From assembly GCA_965215515.1 (NCBI GenBank), contig OZ244057.1:1568001-1632000 (forward strand): a DNA stretch of 64,000 bases, given 5' to 3'. A program made the position numbers and the translations under genes. This document shows positions 32,950 through 42,302 of this stretch, one piece after another; position 1 is the first letter of the stretch, and the number at the start of each line of letters is the position of its first letter. The notes below the pieces were generated by a model, which worked only from the letters and a program-made list of their open reading frames with translations, had not been told where the DNA came from and did no database searches. This DNA is from Oligoflexales bacterium. GTDB lineage: Bacteria; Bdellovibrionota_B; Oligoflexia; Oligoflexales; JAPPIL01.

Positions 32950-33135
32950 AACTTTCCCGCGCGAACATCATCGGCGTTTTTTTTCACTTTAGTTACGTTG
33001 CCAAAACCCCCAAATTACAGTTGTCTGCCTGCAATATTGCGGGAGAGAGGGAAGAGAAAAAACAATGGACACTCCGCCGTCGTACCACCAATATCGCACG
33101 GTAAGCAGGAAGTTAACTTGAGGGATATCTAACTA

Positions 33136-33671
33136 ATGGGTAACGCAAAAAAGAACAGTGCAAGGCCATCTAACATCCACAATGACTACGCTCTTGACCA
33201 ACTAGAGACAGAGGAAGATTGCCGCGGCTTGATTGCCTTGCACAATCCGCAGGAGGCTGCACGGTTGGGCAAGATAACCGCCCTGCCGACGAGCTACAGC
33301 GATGGCAAGCAGAGCGGGAACGGCGGCTTGAAAAGGGCTGTACTTTTATTGTAAAATATGCGTCTGAGTTCGGTTGGGGGCGTTTGATCAGGATTGAGCA
33401 GAAAACTTTTCCAGAGGAGGAATGGTTAGTGGCACGCTTGAAATTCAGCCGTGAGGCTTATGGTGATGAGCAGCGGGAACAAGGGATAGAGCTGGGCATC
33501 GTTAAGGGCCGAGCCGAGGGCGAGGCCAAAGGCAAGGACGAAGCGCACCGTGACATCGCGATGAAGATGCTCAAGGAAGATGAGCCTGAAGCTAAAATCA
33601 TCCGTATCACGGGGTTATCCAGGAAGGAATTGCAACTCCTCAAGCGCGGTCTGAAGGGCAAGAAGGTGTAG
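33136..33671 (+). pseudogene. Rpn/YhgA-like gene, nuclease core deleted; C-terminal small ORF (33429..33671) intact
   Basis: HNDY...LHNP N-term; EQREQGIELG..GRAEGEAKG..IAMKML...ITGLS C-term; GAGGAGG at 33414-33420 before an in-frame GTG. Confidence 0.7.
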
Positions 33672-33692
33672 ATCTGGGGTTGCCTCCGACGG

Positions 33693-34832
33693 TCACTCCT
33701 CTTTTTTCAGTTCACCCCAGGTGGTGGTTTGTTTGCCTTTTGCCGCGACAGGCATAGCCTTGGGGTGGGCGGCGATGAGGGCAGCGATGCGCTCTTGTCC
33801 TGTCTCTTCGGCTAACTGTAGGGGGGTAAGCCCGTCCTTGCCTTTCAAAAAAGGCTTAATGTCAGGACGGGCGAGGAGAACACGGATCACTTCTTCGAAC
33901 CGATGGAGCACCGCGTGGTGCAAGGCAGTCATCCCATCTGCATCCTGTGCATTGACCGCAAGATTTTTGTCGTCGGCAAGCACCCCGAGAGCAAAACTCT
34001 CAACGCCATGTTTGAGTTCAAAGATAAGCGGGTACTTGGGCGCACAACCGAGTGGTGTCTCTTCCAGTTCATAGTTAGAAAAAAAACAGTCTTCCATGGG
34101 CAGTCCTTCATAGGTATATTTGTAGAGCCAGGTGATGCCATTCTCATCGTCTTTCCCCAGTGGCACAAGCCCATGCAGAGGAACGGGGTCGTCAACTATT
34201 ACAAGGCGGCCTTCATTTTGTAGTAGTGTTTTGTTTAGTAGCGTGAGAAAACGGCTGCTCATGATGGAGCCAGGTTGCGACCCTCTTGTGCCGTCTAGCC
34301 CGCCAGTGCTACGGCCACCCGCTCCAAGAATAGCACCAACGTAGGTGTCCGCTAAACCAAAGAGATGCCCTAGTTCGTGCGGCATCGAGTTCATCCCGCG
34401 CCAGGTAAACTCAAGACCAGTATGCGTGGGATTGATGATCCCCAGCGGGCCAAAGAATGCTTTAGGAGCTTCTTCAAAAACACAGATGTGGGTGACACCA
34501 AAAGTAGCGCCACGCCAATCAGGGTTGAGCCGATAGCGAAAATCAGCGACGATCGGTTTGTCAGTGTACTCCCGCAACGGTTGTAGCCACGATTGCAGAA
34601 ACTTGGTCACGATCTTAGTAAACCTCAGCTGCGTCACCTCGTCCACAGGCGGGCAGCGATCAAAACTATAGTGGATCGTCCAAAAAGGCTCATGCACCTT
34701 AGCTATCAGATAACCATCGAAGCGTTGGCGAAGCTCGTGATCCACGGCCATAAACTTAGTGTCCGTGCTCTGTGGTCGCACTATGCAAGACAATAACGAT
34801 AGAGAGAACGACAAAACAAATGAGTGCCTCAT
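33693..34832 (-). CDS. Lipoprotein metzincin-like Zn protease with ankyrin repeats and TTTWGELK tail (paralogue)
   Basis: LLSC lipobox, HELGHLFGLAD, QPGSIM, GMTALHHAV, identical C-terminus. Confidence 0.85.
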   Translation of the reverse strand: MRHSFVLSFSLSLLSCIVRPQSTDTKFMAVDHELRQRFDGYLIAKVHEPFWTIHYSFDRCPPVDEVTQLRFTKIVTKFLQSWLQPLREYTDKPIVADFRYRLNPDWRGATFGVTHICVFEEAPKAFFGPLGIINPTHTGLEFTWRGMNSMPHELGHLFGLADTYVGAILGAGGRSTGGLDGTRGSQPGSIMSSRFLTLLNKTLLQNEGRLVIVDDPVPLHGLVPLGKDDENGITWLYKYTYEGLPMEDCFFSNYELEETPLGCAPKYPLIFELKHGVESFALGVLADDKNLAVNAQDADGMTALHHAVLHRFEEVIRVLLARPDIKPFLKGKDGLTPLQLAEETGQERIAALIAAHPKAMPVAAKGKQTTTWGELKKEE

Positions 34833-34852
34833 AAACGTATTCTCCTAAGGGT

Positions 34853-36820
34853 TTAGAATAGACAGGTTTCTAGCCTTCCTCGACTTGTATGACGAAAACC
34901 ACTCGCGCAATCGTAAGCACTGCATCGGTCGAGTGCTTCGAAGAGATACTCTTTTGAAGAATTTAAAGCTTCTAGAACTGGATGCTCAGGACCTAGCTCA
35001 GCATTAATTGCCCTTCGGCATGGAGCGGACATCTTACTCTTGTCCTTATTGCCCGCATGGAAATAGTCCCACCACAGTTGCTGAGCACGAGCATTCTCCC
35101 CTGGCATGTTGCCTACAAGATCGCCTGAAAATGGGTTCTGGTGGGACTCGAATCCAGCTTCTGAATATCCTATGCAATCATTAGGAATAGCCCTACCCCC
35201 TCCTGCTTTAGTACCGTGAAGGAGAATGTTTTGGACTTCACCAAGTTTGAAGGAAGACAGCTTGTTGCAAGCGCCCAGGGCCACGATGGGGTTGTAGCAG
35301 TCGCAGTGGTCCGCCCCGTCCCACGAGGTAAATATTTCCCCCTCGGGGCAAGTCTCACAAAGACATCTGCATGTGTATAATTCTGTCGACTCATCGGTGC
35401 TAATAAGTGTGGAGTGAAAAATTCTGTATCTATTACAGCCGATATTCTTCGCTTCCTCTAGAGTCTTCTCGGGGAAATCGCTGTCGCTATCGCATTTTTT
35501 TTCCACAGCTGGGCATCTACAGGCTTGTTCATCTGGTGTCGTGGGTCGCGAGGTGGCACAGGCAGCGGGGATGGAAGCGGGACATATGTCCGTACCGACA
35601 CTGCAAGGATTAGTGCAATCCCTGGTTTCATTACCTGCACGTTGCTTACAGATGGGGTTGCCGTCATCATCTGTATCGACCTGAGTGCACGGCCCCCACC
35701 TAGGTGAAGGTGGTGTCCATGCCTCGCAAGAACAGACGGGCGGTTGCGTGCCACATATTGGATCCTCACGTCTCGTGCTCGTCTGGTCGGGGCAGGTGGG
35801 TGGTGGTGGAGTGTACTGGTGGGTTATGCTCTTGGTACAGACAGTCTCTGCGCAGGTAAGAAGACTGGCAGGGGCTCCTGGTGACCAGGTGCAAGGCCCC
35901 TCTGTGCTGCTTGCTAAAGTGCAGGGGGAGCAAACGGCTCTTGTCTCTGGCGGTTTCCAAGAGCAAACACAAACAGCCGCGGTGGCATCCTCAACGAATG
36001 GCCGCGTGCCCCACACAGTTCGGCGCTGGGTTTGGGAGGTGGAGGCGGGGCAGGGCACAACTACACAGGCACCGCGTCCGTCAGGAGTGTATGCCCAGGT
36101 ATTAAGCCTGGTCTGCACAAAACTCTCACACTCGTACTTGGTCGTGAGATCCACAGCTGGACTCCAAGTTCCTGGCGTTAGTATTGCCGTGCAAGGACAG
36201 GGAGGATCGGGCGGAGGTGGCGGCGTTGGTGGTGGCGGAGGTGGTGCCCCTAAGCCTGCGGGGCAGTACTTGGTGATGTTGCGGCAGACCGTGGGCTTGG
36301 CATCGCGCAACGCCATCCTCACCGCATCACCCCGCGTATAGTCACACTCCTCGCTCCCCCCGCCATGACAATCGGGATAAATATACCTGCCCTCAGCATC
36401 GGCATAGGCAAAGGCAACCGCAACATTACCAGGACGCAACTGATAAAAATAACGTAACTGTCCACAGGCTTGCGGACGGAAACCCAAACGGTTATTCAAC
36501 CCCTGATCGCGATCATCGGCGTAGTCCCCACAATCACCCCTAATACCGCTCCCACTCTTGTAACCGATACCACCATCAGGGGCGAGCAACGCGGAGCCAC
36601 TATAGTAATTACCGTGCTCGACTTTATACATATCTTGTAAGGTGGCCAGGTGGGCGAGATTGCTCTTCGCCTCCCCCCGCCGTGCCTGCGCCAAGAAAGC
36701 ATGATAACGCGGCACTGCCAAGGCGACCAAAATGCCGATAATCGCCACCGCGACCATCAACTCCACCAAACTTAAACCCGCCTTCGTCCGCACCACTTCC
36801 CTTTTTTTGGCTAAAAACAA
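34853..36820 (-). CDS. Type IV pilin-like N-terminus fused to Cys-rich variable domain (copy 3, intact)
   Basis: G|LSLVELMVAVAIIGIL, EAKSNL, Pro hinge, TSP1-like W..W.PC...TRDC. Confidence 0.85.
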   Translation of the reverse strand: MFLAKKREVVRTKAGLSLVELMVAVAIIGILVALAVPRYHAFLAQARRGEAKSNLAHLATLQDMYKVEHGNYYSGSALLAPDGGIGYKSGSGIRGDCGDYADDRDQGLNNRLGFRPQACGQLRYFYQLRPGNVAVAFAYADAEGRYIYPDCHGGGSEECDYTRGDAVRMALRDAKPTVCRNITKYCPAGLGAPPPPPPTPPPPPDPPCPCTAILTPGTWSPAVDLTTKYECESFVQTRLNTWAYTPDGRGACVVVPCPASTSQTQRRTVWGTRPFVEDATAAVCVCSWKPPETRAVCSPCTLASSTEGPCTWSPGAPASLLTCAETVCTKSITHQYTPPPPTCPDQTSTRREDPICGTQPPVCSCEAWTPPSPRWGPCTQVDTDDDGNPICKQRAGNETRDCTNPCSVGTDICPASIPAACATSRPTTPDEQACRCPAVEKKCDSDSDFPEKTLEEAKNIGCNRYRIFHSTLISTDESTELYTCRCLCETCPEGEIFTSWDGADHCDCYNPIVALGACNKLSSFKLGEVQNILLHGTKAGGGRAIPNDCIGYSEAGFESHQNPFSGDLVGNMPGENARAQQLWWDYFHAGNKDKSKMSAPCRRAINAELGPEHPVLEALNSSKEYLFEALDRCSAYDCASGFRHTSRGRLETCLF

Positions 36821-37099
36821 AACTTTCCCGCGCGAACACCATCGGCGTTTTTTTTTTCACTTTAGTTACGTTGCAAAAAGCCCAAAATTACCATTGTCTA
36901 CCTGCAATATTGCGGGAGAGAGAAGATGGGGCGCGGCCCCACACACCCCGCTGACTTTTTGCAAAAAGTTGGAGCAAAAACTCAATTCCTGAGTTCCGCA
37001 GGTAAATCAGCATTGTTGCCTAAGTCGGTGTATACTCAGGCACTACGAGTCAGTTTGGCAAGCGACGATGTGATAGCAGCTCGGAGGAAAAAGTTAGTG

Positions 37100-38161
37100 C
37101 TACCCTCTTCTCTTTATCTCGATGCTACGGGTAGGGAAGGCAAACTTTACTCCGCTATCGACAGCGAGTTGCATGAAGGCATAGTTATTACTTTCCCGTA
37201 TCTCAAGATGTTCAACCCAGGCGATAGTAGTGGTGAAATAGTAGACAAGAATTTCCAGCGAACTTGCTTGAAAATCGGTAAATTTTACCAGCATAAACTC
37301 CTGGTTGACGTTTTTGTTGTCCTGCAAAATTTTTTCAATGCCTCGCACAAACTGCTGCAATTTGTCAACAGGGGTATCGTAGGTTATTTGTAATTTCTGT
37401 TTGACGCGGCGCTTGCTCATTTTGCCCCAGTTTTCGATGTTGGCGGACGATAGCGCTTTGTTGGGCAAAGTTACCAATGACTTGTGCCAAGTTCTGATAC
37501 GTGTCGAACGAAACCCCATCTCTTCGACATCGCCATCGACATCACCGACGGTAATCCAGTCTCCGACTTTGAAGGGACGATCGACTAACAGTACTAGCGA
37601 GCCGAAGAAGTTTGCCAGTGATTCTTGTGCAGCTAAGGCCATCGCTAAACCACCGATACCTAGTCCTGCGAGTAAGCTTCCGACATCGACACCGATATTT
37701 TGCATCACGAAGACGGTGCCTGTTACGAAAATAAAAACACGCAAGCCGCTTCTTAACAAAGGCAAAGATCGTTGTGTTATGTCATCGTGTTTATTGTATA
37801 ATTTTTTATTCAGCAGTGCGACGATCAAATCTGTAAGTCGTATCAACAACCACAGCATAAGGACACTGACTACTGTCGTAAAACCACCTCCCAAATGCTG
37901 ACTTGCGGCGGGGGGTAATTTACAGATCAGCAAAGCGATATATATTGCCAACACGAGAAAGAACGTGCTGGCGGGGGGAGTTATGGCGTGGATGAAGAGA
38001 TCGTCGTATCGTGAAGTTGTTTTTTCTGTCATTTTTTTTAACTGCACGGCGATGATGTTGGTGAAAATTTTGCTGGCTAGGTAGCCTGCGGCGATGACGG
38101 CTAGGGCGATGCCATAGCGTAACCAGGCTATTTCTTGCTGCCTCAGATACTCCCACCACAT
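37100..38161 (-). CDS. mscS: MscS-family mechanosensitive channel
   Basis: LLAGLGIGGLAMALAAQ, DRPFKVGDWI, GFRSTRIRT, FAFPTRS. Confidence 0.92.
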   Translation of the reverse strand: MWWEYLRQQEIAWLRYGIALAVIAAGYLASKIFTNIIAVQLKKMTEKTTSRYDDLFIHAITPPASTFFLVLAIYIALLICKLPPAASQHLGGGFTTVVSVLMLWLLIRLTDLIVALLNKKLYNKHDDITQRSLPLLRSGLRVFIFVTGTVFVMQNIGVDVGSLLAGLGIGGLAMALAAQESLANFFGSLVLLVDRPFKVGDWITVGDVDGDVEEMGFRSTRIRTWHKSLVTLPNKALSSANIENWGKMSKRRVKQKLQITYDTPVDKLQQFVRGIEKILQDNKNVNQEFMLVKFTDFQASSLEILVYYFTTTIAWVEHLEIRESNNYAFMQLAVDSGVKFAFPTRSIEIKRRG

Positions 38162-38212
38162 GTGCTGTGCCTTTCTTTTGTCAACAGACTGTGCATCGGT
38201 TAGGGGCGAATT

Positions 38213-39640
38213 TTAATTAACTACGTCGATGAAGGCAGGCAGTGTTCTGAGGTTATCGAAATCTGTATCCTCATGTGCGTGTTGACGCAGGGTGGCATCG
38301 AGTTCGATCGCTTTTTGTAACGAGGAGATTGCCTCCGCGTTACGGCTGAGTAAAGCGTAGATACAAGCTTCGTTGTAAAACGCGGTCGCGTCGAGGGAGT
38401 TGAGGGCACGTGCTTTGCTGAACATGTGCAGTGCTTGCTCGAACTCTTTCAGGCGATAGTGTGCCATCCCTAAGGCGCTGTAGAGCCCGCTGTTGTGAGG
38501 GTCGAGGACGATGGCATTTTCGTAGGCAGCCGCGGCCTGACGATAGTCACCGAGGTATTCTGTCCAGACATCACCGAGCAAACCGTGATAGATGGCATGG
38601 CCAGGTCTCTCGATGTTGAGTTGTGCTAAAAAATCAGCTAGCTGGCGAAATTTACCTTCGTCGCGGTAAGAGTCGACGATTAATTTCAGCAGATGATCGT
38701 CATCGGTATAGTTATCGCAAGCGGTCAAAAAAGCTTGCTGTGCTTTGCTGGTCATATCTTGGCGCAGGTAGATAATACCTAGATGCAGATTGATTACGGC
38801 TATTTCGAGTCGCACAACGTTGTCCGCCGAAGCGAGCAGGGCTAGCAATTCTTGTTGTGCCTCTTCTTCTTTATCCATGAAGGTGTAGGCGATGATTGCT
38901 TTGTTGCGGCGCAGTTCACGATTGTGGGGATCGCGGCTGAGCAGAGTGCGGTAAAGTTGCCAAGCTCTCTCGTATCCCGACGCATTCATGTGCAACGCCG
39001 CGAGATATTGATCGAACAGGTGATGCGGGGTTTGTGCTCGCCACTTTTCTAGTGCCATCGCAAGCTCGTGTTGATCACCTGCGTATTTGGCGTTGAGCAT
39101 GACGATAACGTAGGGGATAACAACTTCGGACAACACGCCTTCACTGTGCAGTGCTTGGCGGAGCAAAGACAGGGAGTCGTTTAATGTCGTTGTGCTGAAC
39201 GAAACTTTTGCTTTGCTCAAAAAATAACGCCAGCTTTTTCGTATTGTGGGACGATGGATAAAAATGCGTAAAACTTCTCTCGCTTCGTTATTCCTACCTA
39301 CTGCGTTGTAGATGTCGGCTAGTGCAAGGTAACCGAGTTCGGAGTTACTATCGAGTGCGATTGCCTGTCTCGCTAGGTGCAACGCTTGTTCCAGCAGTTT
39401 GTTGCGCGCGGGTAAGTGTAAGAAACGCTGTAGGTAGATATTGCTCAGCAAGTAATGGTACGACACTGATCGTGGGTTACGTTGAATAGCATGCACTACC
39501 GTCGCTTCCAATGCGGGTAAGTTATCGTCCTCTGTCGTCCACAGCTGTGTCTCTAGTTGTGCGATACTCGCCGCGTGCAAAGGGGAGGCGACAGCTCCTC
39601 CTGCCATGATTAACGCCAGTGTTAAGCATAAGTTACGCAT
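38213..39640 (-). CDS. Secreted tetratricopeptide repeat protein
   Basis: Signal peptide, multiple TPR helices, terminal YNEAC...D.DFDNLR. Confidence 0.85.
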   Translation of the reverse strand: MRNLCLTLALIMAGGAVASPLHAASIAQLETQLWTTEDDNLPALEATVVHAIQRNPRSVSYHYLLSNIYLQRFLHLPARNKLLEQALHLARQAIALDSNSELGYLALADIYNAVGRNNEAREVLRIFIHRPTIRKSWRYFLSKAKVSFSTTTLNDSLSLLRQALHSEGVLSEVVIPYVIVMLNAKYAGDQHELAMALEKWRAQTPHHLFDQYLAALHMNASGYERAWQLYRTLLSRDPHNRELRRNKAIIAYTFMDKEEEAQQELLALLASADNVVRLEIAVINLHLGIIYLRQDMTSKAQQAFLTACDNYTDDDHLLKLIVDSYRDEGKFRQLADFLAQLNIERPGHAIYHGLLGDVWTEYLGDYRQAAAAYENAIVLDPHNSGLYSALGMAHYRLKEFEQALHMFSKARALNSLDATAFYNEACIYALLSRNAEAISSLQKAIELDATLRQHAHEDTDFDNLRTLPAFIDVVN

Positions 39641-39758
39641 AATACGGCCACTCTGTCTCCATCTTACTGATCGACAAAAAAAAATAAAACTTTAGCAAAG
39701 ATATAGAAAATATATTTATTTTTATAAAAAGTTACTCGAAAGCGGTAAGTTTTTCTGT

Positions 39759-42188
39759 TTGAAAATTAAGAAACTGCTAATTGTTTCCGATCAAAGTGGT
39801 ATGGAGAACATAGCAAGAACAAATTCTAAATTCCTCAAAACGTTTACTGCGGTGATAGCAGTAATTATTTTCTCTTATGTAACATACGGTTTTTACAGAA
39901 TTTACTTTGTGCACGGGCATGGTGCTCGTCAGTCTGTGTCGCGGGTGTTCGGTGATGAGGAGCGTTTACGTTTGTTGGCGGAAACGAGTGCGGCGATCGT
40001 GCAGGGGTATTATGTCGATCAGGAGCGGGTAGGGGCGGGGGCGTTGTTGGCTCTGGTGATGGAGAAGTTGGTGGACATGCAAGTTGTTGGGGTACGGCGT
40101 GTTGCTGCGGGGCAGTGGCAATTGCGTGATGGGGCGCGGCTGTTACGGGTGCAGGCAGTTACTGATCTGGCACGTTTCAGTGATACTTTGTTGGCGATGG
40201 CGGCTTGGTTGGGAGGGAGTGCGAAATTTACGCAGCGTTATGATTTACAGGAGGCAGACGAGGGTGTTTATCATTTGCTCAATGAGCTGTTAGCTGGTTT
40301 GGATGGTCACAGTGCGCTGTTAAACAGCGACGAGTACAGTGAATTGAGGCAGGGCACTGAGGGACAGTTTGGTGGGATTGGTATTTTAGTGGGTATTCGT
40401 GATGATTTATTGACGGTTATCAAGCCTTTGCCTAACAGTCCAGCGTCGCGTGCAGGGATACGAAGGCGTGATCGTATTATAAATATTGATGGGCGTAGCA
40501 CGTTTGAGTTTTCGCTCGATCAGTTGGTCAAGCATATGCGTGGTGATCCTAACACGCAGGTTAATTTGTCTTTGTTGCGCAGTGGTGACATGTCGCCGCG
40601 GCAGTTGCAGATTAGGCGGGAGGTTGTGCAAGTTGCTTCGATTGACACGCGTCGTTTGCAGGCGGGTGATTATCCTATTTTGTATGTGCGAGTAGAGAAT
40701 TTCGCCTCGCGTACGGCGGCGGAGATTGAGATGGCACTCAACAGTTTTCGGCGACGGGTGGCGGGTAGTTACGGGGTTGTGCTTGATTTGCGGGGTAATC
40801 CTGGCGGTCTCCTCGATCAAGCAGTGCGGGTAGCGGATTTGTTTATCAGTTATGGGCGTATCCTCAGTACTACGGGGCGGCGGGAGGAGATTGAGGAGGC
40901 TAGCTATACGCGGGGCGAAACGGATTATCCTTTGTTTGTCCTTATCGACACGGATTCTGCTTCTGCTAGTGAAATTGTGGCGGGTGCGTTGCAGGATCAG
41001 GGGCGTGCTTTTGTTGTCGGTCAGCCGAGTTTTGGCAAGGGTTCGGTGCAGACGATTTTTGAGTTACCTTATGGGCAGGCGTTGAAGCTTACCATTGCGC
41101 GTTATTTTACCCCCGCAGGGCGTAGTATTCAGGATACAGGTATTCATCCGCATATTTTGATGCAGCCAGTTACACGTCAGGAGAACAACAGCAATTTATT
41201 GGGGGAGTATCGTTATCGGCATGATCTTTCTGTTCCAGTCTCCTCCCATAGTATGGCGCATTCGCTTTATTTACGTGACATGGAGGCGGAGGACGATTAT
41301 GCCGAGCAGCCAGCTAAGAGGGATGCTGAGTTAGATGTCACATTGGCATGGTCAGCGCATATTTTGCGTCGTCATCGTTATGGTAGCGTTTTTTCTACAG
41401 CACGCTATCAGAGTGTGCCGTCACAGGTACAGAAAATTTTACGTGCTAACAGTGCTGCTGCTGAGCGTTGGCTTTTGCGACAGCATCAAATTGATTGGCA
41501 TGCTACGACCGTTCCGTCGGAGCATAGTTTAAGTTTGCAGCTTGCTGCTCGCAATATCGAGGTAGTTGCGGGGGAAGTGCTTAAAATGGATTATGTTTTG
41601 CGTAATCTTGCGGTTGTACCTGCGGCGCGTGTTTCGCTTTTTCTGCGTACTAATTTTCATGATTTTAGGAGCGAGGAGTATTTGTTGGGTGAGATTGTTC
41701 AGCAGAAAAAGGCAACTTTTGCTTTTAAAATTCCTTTAGATACGCGTCCTGGTGTTTATCAATTCGAGGTCGGTGCAGCTCTTGATGGTATTGTGCAGCA
41801 GCGTAGTGTGCAGCGGTTTCATTGTAGGGTGTTACCGCCGCAGCCGCCCGTGTTGGATATGGTTATTAGCTTGGAGGATGAACAGCCTAATGGCAAACTT
41901 GAGGCGGGTGAATATGGTGATGTTGTTGTTGTTATTCACAATCACAGTGCAATTGTCGCTAAAGACTTGACTGTCAAGGTATTAAATCTTGCGGGTCGTC
42001 AGCTACATCTACTCAAAGCACAGCAGCAACTCTCGCATTTAGCCCCAGGGCAGCAGAAAAAAATACGTTTTCCTTTGCGTGCTACCCAGCAGCTTTTTTC
42101 TTCTCTGTTGTCTCTCGGTGTATCGCTCAAGAGTGCTAATCTATCCCAGATAGTGAAAAAACAGTACACTCTCGAAGGGGCAATGTGA
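39759..42188 (+). CDS. ctpA: S41 carboxy-terminal processing protease (PDZ + peptidase + Ig-like domains)
   Basis: FGGIGI, DLRGNPGGLL, SASASEIVAGALQD, FGKGSVQ, LKLTIARY. Confidence 0.9.
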   Translation: MKIKKLLIVSDQSGMENIARTNSKFLKTFTAVIAVIIFSYVTYGFYRIYFVHGHGARQSVSRVFGDEERLRLLAETSAAIVQGYYVDQERVGAGALLALVMEKLVDMQVVGVRRVAAGQWQLRDGARLLRVQAVTDLARFSDTLLAMAAWLGGSAKFTQRYDLQEADEGVYHLLNELLAGLDGHSALLNSDEYSELRQGTEGQFGGIGILVGIRDDLLTVIKPLPNSPASRAGIRRRDRIINIDGRSTFEFSLDQLVKHMRGDPNTQVNLSLLRSGDMSPRQLQIRREVVQVASIDTRRLQAGDYPILYVRVENFASRTAAEIEMALNSFRRRVAGSYGVVLDLRGNPGGLLDQAVRVADLFISYGRILSTTGRREEIEEASYTRGETDYPLFVLIDTDSASASEIVAGALQDQGRAFVVGQPSFGKGSVQTIFELPYGQALKLTIARYFTPAGRSIQDTGIHPHILMQPVTRQENNSNLLGEYRYRHDLSVPVSSHSMAHSLYLRDMEAEDDYAEQPAKRDAELDVTLAWSAHILRRHRYGSVFSTARYQSVPSQVQKILRANSAAAERWLLRQHQIDWHATTVPSEHSLSLQLAARNIEVVAGEVLKMDYVLRNLAVVPAARVSLFLRTNFHDFRSEEYLLGEIVQQKKATFAFKIPLDTRPGVYQFEVGAALDGIVQQRSVQRFHCRVLPPQPPVLDMVISLEDEQPNGKLEAGEYGDVVVVIHNHSAIVAKDLTVKVLNLAGRQLHLLKAQQQLSHLAPGQQKKIRFPLRATQQLFSSLLSLGVSLKSANLSQIVKKQYTLEGAM

Positions 42189-42302
42189 ATTTTGGGGCAA
42201 ACCTATCATCGTCTCTAGTAGCATACAGTAGTCTCTGCAACCAAAACAACGGATGTTTGCATTTCATTCACGCGGTGGTACACTGGCTGTGTCGGTTGTA
42301 CG

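Noticed and set aside
1..36921. Diversity-generating retroelement or shufflon driving pilin variation
   Set aside because: No reverse transcriptase, no adenine-specific TR/VR pair, and no invertase or inverted cassettes seen in the window.
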